In this document: one piece after another, positions 9,066-21,353 of the stretch | Layout of the letters: each line of letters starts with the position of its first letter | Numbering within the stretch: the stretch's first letter is position 1 | From: Paraphysomonas bandaiensis | Taxonomy: Eukaryota; Protista; Chrysophyceae | Reading direction: 5' to 3' | DNA: 64,000 nucleotides | NCBI GenBank assembly: GCA_965644295.1 | Contig: CBFFRP010000373.1 | Location: 1 to 64,000, forward strand | Position numbers and translations under genes: made by a program | Notes under the pieces: generated by a model | Database searches by the model: none | Seen by the model: only the letters and a program-made list of their open reading frames with translations | Told to the model about the DNA's origin: nothing

Positions 9066-11916
9066 ATGAACACCCCTCTATCCGGCTTATCTCATCAATC
9101 ACCAATCGACCTCACTCTCTCCGAGTGCGAGTGGTCCCCTATGTACCTTCTGAGGTCCACTACATCCCCTGACTCCAACTGTGCCGCCTCTATCGACATA
9201 TCTGACATCATACACGGACATCCAAGACAAGTGCTCCTAATGAACTTCGAGTTTGATGTATCCTGGCTAGCGGAGACTTGTCCACTGCTGCGGGTGAGTG
9301 CAGGGACTGTGTGCTGTGATAAGATGTCATAAGTGTGCAGGATGATAGCGTATCTGTCTGTTGTCTGCACGGGTCCAAAGGTATAGACATATTTACTGGT
9401 GCATCACCGCTGTAATTAAGAATGCTTATGTAGGGAGACAGCAGCAGCTGAAGGAAGAAGTATTACAACTGGGGGTACGGGTGACTGGTTATGGGATGCT
9501 TCCGTGGTGTGATAGTGTTGATGCAGATGTATCATTGGACTGTCAGTGAGATAGATATGGGTCCCGAGCGCTACGGCACTCACCACACGAAGATGATCAT
9601 CATGTTTTACGACATAGGTATACTTGATGTCAGCAAGCGCAATGGCGGACATGACCCATTCCAATAGGAGCTCGAGTAGCCGTGCTGACAGCGAATTTTA
9701 CTGAATGCGATTTTAAATACATGACACAGGTCTGTGTGCTTTTATATGTACGCTTCTCTTCACGCCAACGGTTAGGGAGTATTTGTGCAAGACTTTCCCT
9801 ACAAGCAAGGTACGGGCCTCAACATGTGACACCTATTTGCCGATATCTGCAGTCGATACATAATTCATCTGTAGAAAGTAAAGGTGACGTTGTGACTGAG
9901 TGTCTCTCCCCTGGAGAGTCAGAATTTCATCGTCCCCTTGTGGAGTACTTACGTCGTCTCTATCCAATGAACCAAGAGGCGAGATTTCTACTGAATAAGG
10001 GTAGGACAAGTACATTTTCGTCATTTTTTGTATTTGTTGCTTGATCAAGATGATGGTGTATATGAATTTATTGAACTATAACGTGCAGCAATCAAGGAAA
10101 TTGAGCGGTGTGACTTCTCCAGTGCTGAAGTCGCACTGATTCCTTCTGTACCTGGTAAGTTCTTAAGAGGAGGAAATTGAGTATCATCTTAAATAATTTA
10201 GGGAAGCATGCCTCTAACAATTCAAAATGGGGTAGGATGCGGGTACATGTTTCCATGATTTATATATTGGGTATAATGGCGTGCTTGATATAGTTGGAGA
10301 GTGTCCTTAGAAGGTGGTGTGGTGCGAACTCAGCACCTATTCCTTCAGATTCTTCCCTCATTCTACAAGCTTCAAGCATTGGCTCATTAGGTTACGATCG
10401 TGTTCTATTTATATTGCGTGATGGTATTTCTATGCAGGTAAGGGGGAGAAGTACCTTGCTGAGCTGACGGCCAGCATGCTTGGTAAGTGAACTTCTGTTA
10501 TGTTGACTGTGACTTGTTATGTGTTATGGTAGTCGGCTCTTCGGAAAACCACCACTGTAAGCCACCTGTAGAGCTGGTGTGGCCTACTGCGGAATGTATA
10601 CGACAGTCTATTCTGGTGCGAATTTTGCTAACGTGCAGTAGCTCAAATGGTTGAATACTTTACGATATACTACTTTTTCTGTACTGTAATTCATATCACT
10701 TGCAACATATATTAATCTATGTAAGGAGGGAAGCTTACTCTTTTATTTAGGGATACTGTTGTGGGGGATCAATTCCTCTTCGAGGAGATACTATCGAAAC
10801 CGTTTTAGCTGATGGTTCACGTGTTCTGAAGCCAGGTATATGATCCACGAATTATGGATACCATACTTCGTCCTGTGGTGACACTTTAGGAATGTATTTC
10901 TACAGGTGTAGAATCCGTGCTCAGAAAGTGGGATGGTTCAGTGTCATCAAGAGACTTGAACCCACCACATATGAAGTGCTACTGCAGGTTACAAATTCGT
11001 GGGATATATATGTTTAAATATAATATTGGATTAATTTTCAGATATTCGATTGTGGATGCTCAAGATTCAGTTGCGGAAGGCGGTCACAATAAGAGAAAGG
11101 CATCTCCTACATGGGTTGGTTCTATGAAGAGTAAGTGCATCATCATACTGATTATGTTTTCTGATGAATTCACTGTTAATGGTATTTTATATGTTGCAGA
11201 ACTACAGAAAGTTGATGGAGACAATACTGCGACATCTGATGAGACTTTAGACACCACTCCTGCCAATCCTGCCAAGATTCAACTACATTGGTTTCTACTT
11301 TCATCTGCCAATATTAGTCAAGCGGCATGGGGTGTCAGCCAGGTGGATTGCTATTTTGTCTCTCTTTGTAATCTCTGACCTTTACTCACAGCGTGGAGGA
11401 ACTCAACTCTATATAAAATCGTTTGAAATGGGAGTATTATTTGTGCCTTCTATGATGAAGACATTTCATAGGTATGCTATGTTCATATTGAGTTACCGTT
11501 TTGCTAATTTTTAAAAAGGGTATTTTCGTGTACACCTGACCATAACAAACTTGGGTGTCCTACAGGTTCTTCAGAAATGTCAGTTCGCTGTGTAGAATAA
11601 TGTTATATTCAGGCTATGGTTTGCGAAGATCAAATGAGAGCTCAAACAGTGGTTGTAAACTGTTTGCGTTCTCCCACAGTGAGTTTATAAAACAGGACCC
11701 AACACCGGTGGCCCCACATAGTTTTAATCGTGTGTCACTACCTATCCCTTTTATCATCCCTCCGCCGTGTTACTTGCCTGGTACATGCTGATGTGATATG
11801 ATACGAAGCTTATCTAATTATTGCGTGTTTCTGTGGTAGGAGACAAGCCATGGATATGTGATAAGAATTACTATGAGCCGGACTCGTGTGGTCGCATGTG
11901 GATACCAACTCCATAG
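9066..11916 (+). CDS. TDP1: Tyrosyl-DNA phosphodiesterase 1 (many exons; may start further upstream)
   Basis: NFEFDVSWL; YGTHHTKM and TANF (first HKN motif); PPHMKCY and SANISQAAWG (second HKN motif); SFEMGVLF; DKPW; stop 11914-11916. Confidence 0.92.
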
Positions 11917-13083
11917 GTATACATTATGCTGCGAAATGATAATTCGGCTTCACTATTTCATATGAGGTTATTGGTGACGTATATCAATATCCACCTTTAA
12001 TCGCACGGGGTGCTATCACTGTTTGACTTCTACTTCTAACTAATATGGTCATAGCAGTATTTCCAGATGGTTAGATGTGAATATTATTGTAACTTGTAAA
12101 CACTAAACAGAGAAGTATGGTGAATCCACTCTAGTCACTTTTTATCACTTTATGTGATATATTCGAAGATTAATAATTTTTATGTTTGAGGAATTTCTCA
12201 ATGTACATTATTGCCCAGGAATTTTAGGTCATTTCCGAATGAAGAATCAGATGGGGGTCGCCTCTGTATATATTCAATTCAATCGAATGAACTTTTACAA
12301 GGGAAGACTGGCCCACAACCACCAGCTTGAATACGTGTGCCTCGTCCGCCTAAATCACTCACACCGGCACATACATGACGATAAACCTTGGCCTTCATCC
12401 TGCGACAGAAAAGTTGTCTCTCAAGGTCGGCATTCTAATAAGAACTAAGCAATTGTAGGTTCGTTATTTTTGCTGCTGAACGCACAAAACAGTTCGTTGA
12501 ATTAACTACTGGAAATAAATTTTGAGAGTTCTGAGTAGAATTTAGTCACTGTTATACTTATAGAGAAATTTGTGATTATTAGCACATGCATGTGCTCATT
12601 TTTCTTTCATCAATTCAGCGTGCTGACGTCGCATAAATATATTGAAGTTTGAACAAACTACATCGTCTTAGATGGTCTAATTACGTGTGCGTTGCTGCGT
12701 AGTATGCTAGGTTACAGTTGGTATCCTATATCCTATACACGTCTTCATGTCTTCATAAATCCTGCGTATACTTGGCTAAAATAGTGAATCCGGTTAGTGC
12801 AACGAGTTTGCTTCATTGAGTAGTGTTATCTGAGTGATTCAGCTTAATTTTACATCTTATAGCACTTACAAAATTTTGTATGGTGGAACATAGATCGAAA
12901 TAGTGATATATTCTTATTTTCCAGATTATCTTTCACATTTAAGTTAAAGTAGTTGTTGGGGTCATATAATGCATGTAAAATATGATAGCAAACATGTAGA
13001 ACCAATATATGCATAGTACAATATGCCAGCACTTAATGCTCAACCACACAGCGTACATCGCGATCATCACAGCACGAAAGTAA

Positions 13084-14028
13084 TCAACAATTCTCGCACC
13101 CTTTCATACATATTCTCAAATAAAGATTATCATCTCTTTTCATTGAAAGATTATGAGGGAAAAAGAACTTTATGAGTGCAAACCCGACCAACGCCCCCAG
13201 CACTTGAAAACCGATAAACGGGCCCACAGACACAGGGTCAATGCCAGCGAATGTATTAGAAAACATTCGGGCAACAGTAACCGCTGGATTGGCAAATATA
13301 GTGGATGATGTAAAAAAGTAACCGCCGCATACCCATGCCCCAACCGCAAAAGGAACGCTGGATTTCTGACCAGTACGGATACAACCGTGAATGACAAGGA
13401 GAAGTGTGGCTGTACCAATCACTTCACTCAACCAAAGGTTATGAGAATCCCGCTCTTTAGTGGAGAAAGAAACCTTCTCCTCAAACTCAATATTAGCAAT
13501 TACAGCACCTAAAATACCACCAGTTACTTGGGACACCACGTAGAGCAATAGATCACGGGTGTTCATATCCCCATGTAACCAGTCCACAAGGGATACCGCA
13601 GGATTAAAATGAGCTCCAGAAACTGGGCCAAACATTAAAATGAGTCCAATTAAACCACCACAAGTAGATATAGCGTTTTCCAATAGCTGTAGTCCAACAT
13701 CTGATGGGGACAATGTCTCCGCCATAATACCAGAGCCAACTACAACTATAATAAGTATCGCTGTTCCGAGAGCCTCAGCTGAGAGTTTTCTGATGATATC
13801 CATCAGATTGGATTCAGGGACAGCAGTGGGCACAGGGACAGGAGAGTATGGGTACAGGTTATCCAGTTTAAGACAGTTGGATCCATCATCGCAGCTGCTC
13901 AATAGAGAGGAGTGAAACAGACCGCTGTACTTGTGTCCCTTAACCACTGGAAGCTCAACTCCTTTAACCTCATCGGGGTTATCTACTCCCTCAGGTGGGT
14001 CAACGTCATGAAGTGATTCTGTAGACAT
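13084..14028 (-). CDS. MIP/aquaporin channel of the bacterial arsenic-operon type; intronless
   Basis: SGAHFNPAVS and IFANPAVT NPA boxes; six hydrophobic helices; VGSGIMAETLSPSDVGLQLLENA signature. Confidence 0.92.
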   Translation of the reverse strand: MSTESLHDVDPPEGVDNPDEVKGVELPVVKGHKYSGLFHSSLLSSCDDGSNCLKLDNLYPYSPVPVPTAVPESNLMDIIRKLSAEALGTAILIIVVVGSGIMAETLSPSDVGLQLLENAISTCGGLIGLILMFGPVSGAHFNPAVSLVDWLHGDMNTRDLLLYVVSQVTGGILGAVIANIEFEEKVSFSTKERDSHNLWLSEVIGTATLLLVIHGCIRTGQKSSVPFAVGAWVCGGYFFTSSTIFANPAVTVARMFSNTFAGIDPVSVGPFIGFQVLGALVGFALIKFFFPHNLSMKRDDNLYLRICMKGCENC

Positions 14029-14359
14029 GGGTATCAATGCGACAGGAGGATGGACTGATGCTGATATCCTGGCAGCTGCAGACAGTTACTGTGCTGTGTA
14101 TGGGCACTCTACGGCTGCTGTATGATACGATGACGATCGTATGATATGGAGCCGATGCTGTGGTAGATATACAGTGGTGTATACCGGTATATATACAGAC
14201 CTCATATAGACTGTATACACGTATCACATACAGCAGCAGCACACAGCAGATCCATATCACATCCATCATACTTGTAGCGGTGCATATCAGCCAGTATCTA
14301 TGTGGAGCGACATCAGGCCAGGTCAGGTCAGGTCAGGGTAGCTCAGGCGGTATGTAGTG

Positions 14360-15499
14360 ATGCAGCAAGACATACCCTCCGGAGAATCGAGTCCACTTCT
14401 GCTACGAACTTTAGTAAACAGTAATAATAGTGATCCCACCACTGCCAAGAGAGTGCTGAAGGCAGACAACAGCTTCTTATCGAATATATATTACGTAACG
14501 CCTTGCGCAGTGCTCGTGTGTATACTTGGAGCGTCCTTGTTTTACAAGTATTATCATGGATGGGATTATTCAACATGCTTATACTATGCAACACAAGCTC
14601 TGGTCGGGGAAATGTACGGAATTCCGGAGGAGAATGACCCTCTCAGCGAAGCCTTTACTCTTCTGATATTTATCATTGGCACGACTTGTGTAGCAGTAGC
14701 AATTGGTGCTTATGCAAGTATGGTAGCAGAACATGCTGTGTATAGAGCTCGAAAGCGTGTTCGTATGACAGCTGTTGAAGACTTAAACCATGATGGAGTC
14801 ATATCGTTAGACGAATGGTGTGTATACTATTGGAGTCGATTTTTGGATGTGATAGGATGGGACGACCACAAGTTTAAATACTTTACTGTTGCTGGAACTG
14901 GGGTATGGTTATTAGTTGGAATTGCATTCAGTCGTATTTACGAAGGGCAGAGTTACTTCCAAGCTGTATATTTTGCTGTTGGAGCTATGTCGTGCTCTGG
15001 GTATCCAGCACCGGAATGCTCCAGTCCGGGTAACCCCTCCAACTGTACTATAGACTTTTTACGAGCGGTGTTTGTTTCTGTTTATATTATGGTTGGAGTT
15101 CCATTATTTTCTTTGTCAATGGGGCAGTTTTCTGGGATTATCATTGAGAGAGCAGAGCATGCATCTGAATTAGCTAAAATATCTCGACCAATAACAGACG
15201 AAGAGTTTCTACTCGCCGCTTGTGTGACCGGAGCTGTTGGTAATCCGGCCAAAGTACCTTCTTCGTATGGCACAGGTGGATCTCGAGATATCAATGAACT
15301 TTCTCTGGACCTCAGCCAATTTATTGTTATGGAGCTACTTAGGTTACAGAGGGTAAGCGAGGACGAATTAAATGATTTCAAGGATATTTTCTCTTCTATT
15401 GACATGGACTCATCGGGTACTATTGATTACTCTGAAGTGAAGTTATATCAAAAACGCTTTCTGGAAGAAACGTCGTATAAGTATAACTTCAGAGTTTAG
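14360..15499 (+). CDS. Two-pore-domain (TPK/K2P-like) channel with EF-hands and degenerate filters
   Basis: TM-P-TM twice; EF loops DLNHDGVISLDE and DMDSSGTIDYSE; N-terminal ESSPLL dileucine-like motif. Confidence 0.8.
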   Translation: MQQDIPSGESSPLLLRTLVNSNNSDPTTAKRVLKADNSFLSNIYYVTPCAVLVCILGASLFYKYYHGWDYSTCLYYATQALVGEMYGIPEENDPLSEAFTLLIFIIGTTCVAVAIGAYASMVAEHAVYRARKRVRMTAVEDLNHDGVISLDEWCVYYWSRFLDVIGWDDHKFKYFTVAGTGVWLLVGIAFSRIYEGQSYFQAVYFAVGAMSCSGYPAPECSSPGNPSNCTIDFLRAVFVSVYIMVGVPLFSLSMGQFSGIIIERAEHASELAKISRPITDEEFLLAACVTGAVGNPAKVPSSYGTGGSRDINELSLDLSQFIVMELLRLQRVSEDELNDFKDIFSSIDMDSSGTIDYSEVKLYQKRFLEETSYKYNFRV

Positions 15500-15856
15500 A
15501 TATTCATAGTAACCATGTACAAGGTCCTCGTGCAAGTTTGTAGCATTAATACATGCACCCTAGGTTTGACTTATATATTTTGGAATGAGTTAATTTTCTC
15601 TCTAAGTGTAAGAAACGATTCATTTGTAATATTTTAAGTAACTATGTATATTGTAGTGGGTACTGAGCGCTCCAACCAGCTGATATGTAGTATGTTTAAT
15701 TTCCCCTTTCGTGTCTGATAATGCAAACTGAGTTAACTACCACGCTTTTATGTAGTCTATTACCATTAAATTTAATATATTTCCTTAGAAATGTGATTTA
15801 TCTCCCCAGATATGTTAGAAATGAACTTTTATTCAAGGAAACGGTCGCCACATCTG

Positions 15857-16625
15857 CAGGGCTGGGTAACAATATAATTGCATCGAACATACATAATAAT
15901 TCCAATTATAATTGCTCACTGGAAGGTCGCAATTAAATTGCAATTAATTAACAATTACTTACTATATTGAATAAGGACATAATATTTAAATTAGAGCTTG
16001 GCAAGCGTTAAGGAAGAGGGGCCATTTATGCCCTTATAATGGTCATCATCCTTAATGGCTATTCTAATGGCTACTAAAATGGTGGGAAGGCTGGCTTTTA
16101 ATACAAATATCTTTACACTAAGAGACATGCTGTTTCTTTGAACGGTCGATTACGTGTCTTTTATATTGATCTTGAGCTTCAAGACTAAGTTCAGCTCGAT
16201 CTATAGCGTAATGCCCTTCTAGTTTTAAGATATATATGTATAAGTACTTTGGCAATCATCTTCTTACCGATCCTGCCTTCCTAGACATTGCAGGATTAAA
16301 GAGTCACAACGAACTGGACGTGCAGCGGTATGGACATGGATTATCATGGCTTATTTACTCCACTAGTAATTGTGTAGAAAGGTTTTCGGTAGTTCCAAAA
16401 TCAACATGAGTGATCTGCGCAAATCTATGGCACTTCAGCGATTAGAGGCCCTTATGTTCTTGCGCTTTAATAGACTTCTGAGGAATACAGGTACATTGAA
16501 GATGCTATTTGTGCTTATAATGAGCAACTAATTTAATTAGACAATAATTGGCAATTAAATTGAATCATAATTGCGCGAGCTATAACTAGTAATTGCAAAT
16601 TAATTGCAGATGTTACGCAGCCCTG
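15857..16625 (+). mobile_element. Non-autonomous hAT DNA transposon (deletion derivative)
   Basis: TIRs CAGGGCTGGGTAACA / TGTTACGCAGCCCTG; 8-bp TSD CACATCTG at 15849-15856 and 16626-16633; transposase C-terminal remnant MSDLRKSMALQRLEALMFLRFNR near 16405-16475; many AATTG subterminal motifs. Confidence 0.92.
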
Positions 16626-17927
16626 CACATCTGTATGAGCTGTATTGTCTTAGCACGTAGTGCTTCTATTTCTTCTGGTGGTCAACAGTTAACACAATGC
16701 TGTAAGCATGTATTACATAATAATTCTTGCATTAAATGGCATCTCAATTAAGCGTTGAGGAGTTTTAACAAGCAATAAGGTGGGACATAAATGTTATCTA
16801 CTTTATAGTTCACCGCTCATGTAAAGCAGACAAGCAAACATAACAACTTCAAGAATTTTATAAATTAACAACTGAATGAATGTAAAAAAATTTTTTAAAT
16901 GCTTGCGAAATTGTGTAATACATACCACTTTTAAGGCAAATATCTTCTTAATAACACACAAAGAACATACATTATAAAAAGTCATTGAATATTATTTTAC
17001 TCCGGAAAGATTCACCTTGTGGTACAAACAATCGATCGATTTGGTAAAAGTAGACTGTGAAGGAAAACTAGAAATGGGGATAACAATTACTCCATTGGAT
17101 GCCAATCGCTTATCACGAATTCTATATTCGTATCTCCGCAAACTCATCATGCGGGCATCTCCCAGCTAACACTCGTAGCTATCATCAGGCATACAATACG
17201 ATCGCTCTAATACTACAGTAGCAATTGACGACAGTTATGACTGATGACACAGAAAGCGTCAACGTTAAGGTCTTGAGCAATCTCAGTGAATATGTCTTAA
17301 GCTCTTTCGTCGAGCTCTTCATTGCAACACTGATAGGGTGTGCATTTGCTTTCCATAGATGTTGGTATATCACTATAGCAAGTAGAATGATGATACATGC
17401 ATAGCTATATGTACGTGTTCTATATGTAACAATGATATATTCGTACCTATGAGTTTCTATGAGAGAATATGGGCTCGTTCGGTAGCCCTAAAAAAGTGCT
17501 GATTCTGAGAAAATCCCTGGTTTTAATCCTCTACAAAACAAAAGGAAAAAACGCTCATTCTCTGGATTTGAATACTCCGTACATGTCGACTCGTGGATGA
17601 AAATCCAGCAGAAAATCCACACTGTGAAGAAAGTGGGGATTTGTATTGGATGGGTATACACAATACCATGGAATACACAGGAAGTATGTCCATAAAACAA
17701 GTATGCCTACATCTGTGAGCATGACATGCATACAGTCAGTCACCGTACTACACTGCTGCCTAGAAATGGAACGAATGATATATATATATATATGTATATG
17801 TGTGTGTGTGTCAGATCAATACGCCAATATGAATACACTCATACAATAAGTGATCCGTATATCTCGATTGAATAGCCATTGATTGTTTTAATTCCTCGAC
17901 TCATTAGTCCCTGTAGCTCCTCTCACC

Positions 17928-19453
17928 ATGTCCAGCTATGTTGTTATGCTTTCAAGCGGCAGAAAAATTGAATTTCCTGTGAATGAGAACCACACAGTCG
18001 GCCATCTGCTGAAATCTATCGAGAAGAAGCTTAAGATACCCGCATGCACGATTAGATTGTTGTATTGTGGGAGAGAACTGAAGCCCTCGTCAGCCCCTCT
18101 CTCGTCGTTTGATATTGGCAGATTCAACAATTACGTTATTCACATGTCCACTACAACAGTGGATGTATTGGGAGATACTGTAGAGCCTGCTCCTAGACCT
18201 CTTCATAGGAGTGGAGCAAATAGTGGATTCGTCGATTTGACATCAGACCCTGCTGATGTCTTGAGCGTTCGTCCAGTCGAGAGGTCTACTGTTGACCTGA
18301 CAGATGGGCGATCGACTGCCAGTCAACTTGGAAGTCCGTTGCTCTCTGAGGCTGCGAATAATGTCGCAGCTCGACGAATAAAGAAGCGTAGATTAGATAT
18401 AGATCGTGGAGTTGATCATAGTTTGAGTGCGGCATCATCTCAAGAAACCACGTCATCTACAGCTCGTTCGGCCATCGCATCCTCTCGTGCACTACGAATT
18501 CGCATTGCACGGGCATTGAATCATCGCCTATACTTACTAGAGCACCGGTTGGTTTTTAATACCACGGGGAAATGTTTAGAGGGCACAGTACAAGGTGCGG
18601 AAGGCCCAAATGATCAGCACAGAGTGACGATTGGACAGCGCTTATCATGCACATGTGACGACTGTACCGCAGTGCGGACATGCAAGCATATTATCTTTGT
18701 TCTTATCAAGGTGCTGCGGGTGCCACTTGACTCCCCTCTTATTGAGCGTATGAATTTATCTCGTGATGATGTGGATAGAATAATCCAGCAGAGTGGCCTC
18801 TTCATATCTCCACAGATTGCTAATGAGAGAGGGGTAGAGGTTATAGATAATGGACCGCTAGCTAGGTAGGATAGTAGCTAGTCGTGTCGTTGTGTACCAA
18901 GTTTTTTAGAGAAGTGTATTTTAACTTGTTATTAGGCGCAGGGCAAATCTGAGTCAAGATGCAACTATACAGGCTGCAGTAACATCTGTGTCTTCCGGCC
19001 AACTTGCGTCACCCGTAACAGCATTGCCTTATCAGGAAAATGATAGTGAGCGGAGTGAAGAAAAAGACGAAGAAGTTGAAGAATGTCCCATTTGCTTCGA
19101 GAGTCTTTGGGCTACAACAGTCAGTGGTGCGGACATCAGCGTCAGAGAAGAACTTGCTACATGTGATATCTGTGCCAACTCTTTACACCGTGACTGCCTG
19201 CAGGTGATGTGAGGAATTCCGTAGCATGTTAGGGTGTAACACATACGAAATCCTGCCACATCTGTAGATAGCTATCACTCTTACTTCATTTTTTGACGTC
19301 ATTTTTAATTTCTCTGTGCAGAAGTGGCAACAGCAGTCGCAAACTTGTCCTTTTTGTCGTAATACCTGGAGGAAAGCTCGGGCTCCCCCCAAATCGAAGA
19401 AGAAGCTCAAACAAGCTCAACGCCCGAGAGTGATAGGTCGACGTGTGATGTAG
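17928..19453 (+). CDS. Ubiquitin-like domain + SWIM finger + RING E3 ligase (3 exons)
   Basis: N-terminal UBL (TVGHLLKSIE..IRLLYCGREL); SWIM CTCDDC..CKH; RING CPIC..CDICANSLHRDC|..CPFCR. Confidence 0.87.
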
Positions 19454-20252
19454 TTGTATCTTTTCTCCTCTTCTATTGTATATTGAAATCCCTTAATCTT
19501 TTTGGCCCGTTGAAAGCGTTATCGCCGTGTATTTCACCTCACTATCATCCGCACAAATGCATGTTCCGTAACGATGTCTATAAATATTTATTCGAAAATT
19601 ATATAATTTGCATGTAGTTTAAGCAAGTTTTAGCTAGATACGAAACAATGGTCATGCTATAAATGCCAAATTGCAGCTATTATCCTTCATCAACTCTTGA
19701 TATTGATGATCAAGTATGCACAATATGCTTGCGGTAGCTGCAGAAGTGCTACAGAAAATAATTTCGAGTAGAGCAGAATATGAATGTGCACGGAACTATA
19801 TTTTCATAAATACACTGAATTTGCCCTAACTACAATATATATTATAATAATTTCCTGTGGTTATTCTGAAATTAAATCTCTAAGCATATGACGTCTTCCT
19901 GAGAAATAAGCATATAAACCACCTCAACCCGGCAGTTTTACCATAGTTTTACGCTATTTTATTTAGATTTTGCATTGATGTGATGCTAACAGTACCAGCC
20001 CGAAGACAGTTTAAGGAAGTCTTACTAATTGCGTCCAGCAACTGTCCAGCACTGATGTTAACAATCGAAACACTTAATTCACCAAATTTAGATGACATTG
20101 GCCTTATAGCTTTGCATATGACATGAATGTAGGCTTTCAGAGCGTTGTTCATTCTGTCATCATCATTGAGCAGTCCTGTTAAAAGGACCTTTGACAAGTA
20201 AAAACGAACCGACAAAGTATAATATGTTCAACAAAAATATATATACCTATAT

Positions 20253-20860
20253 TGAATGTCAGATTATTAAGAAGCGCAAGCTTGTGCGTTGCCGCGACCA
20301 ACCTAACAACTCGCGCGACACTATGCATAACATGACTCTCATCTAGTTACTATTGCATGCACCGACAAGTGCTCAACTATACAACACGATTTAGTTAGCT
20401 ACATGGGCATACGACGAGTTGCGTGTTTAAGCCGGATCATACGCTCCTGCCCAATCTACTTGTCCTAACACAAACAACTTGCGGTCGGTGTCTTCGGCAT
20501 ATGTCTCCTGTATATGCGGCAGATCTTTAGGGCCCTCTTCAAGGTGGTGTTCACAGCAGCAGGTAGTCTGGAAGGGAGAATAAAGTAGCTCTATAGCGCC
20601 GGGTCCTCCCACGGTCACGAAGCGGTCTCACTGGTGCAATTTTGCACACTGACGCATGAAACAGACATCTACCAAAATCTGTTACAAATTCAAGCTGACT
20701 CCAATGTCTTCCCTCCATTGTGTGCACTCGTCCAGCACATGCATCCACCTTGCACTCTTCTCCCGAGTGACTTACACTAGTAGGAAACCGTGCACCTTCC
20801 CCGCTCGGATGAAAACCTACTAAGCAAGAATAACATAAAAGCACCACAAATGTACCTGAC
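20253..20860 (-). mobile_element. Degenerate 3' fragment of a second LINE family
   Basis: Ends in the same terminal motif (TGAATGTCAGATTATT on +), carries the conserved hairpin at 20280-20295, broken ORF ending YDPA*; right limit approximate. Confidence 0.55.
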
Positions 20861-21353
20861 ACTGCTTGGAGAACAGTGCCAGAGAGCCTTGATATAATCT
20901 CAATGACCTGGGTCAGGAGAAACCAAGACTAGGCAGTAGACGTGTGAGAAGACATGACAGGTCTAATCACATCATTGCCATTGCTATGCATCCATGAGGA
21001 AAGTTTGACGCATTACCTCGGTCATTGGCCACACAGATACCGAATAATGTGAACTCATACTCAGCATCAATCACTCAAATAAGCAAACGCAGGGAGCAAG
21101 CAGAATGTTGATATACCTGACATCTGCTGACTTCAGGTTTTTTTGAGTTCTTAAGGTGAACATCCCGGATGCTTAACTTCATATATATGAAAGTCTGATT
21201 ATTACATGAGTACGGTTGCGTACAGAAACTAGTTTATGTCTATAGACTAGCTAATAACTAGATTTGCTATATACTACTAGTGGCGGGCAACCGTCTCGGG
21301 ACTGCTTGTGCATCGCTGCGAGCACCATGGTGCAACCGTCCCTTGTAGTGAGG

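Noticed and set aside
12182-12448. ORF, and a DEAH-like word on the minus strand
   Set aside because: Stops nearby and no other helicase motifs
16990-17743. Possible spliced gene on the minus strand
   Set aside because: Could not assemble a consistent frame or recognise a domain
19949-20215. 88-aa ORF, possible gene or transposase relic
   Set aside because: No recognisable motif; surrounded by stops
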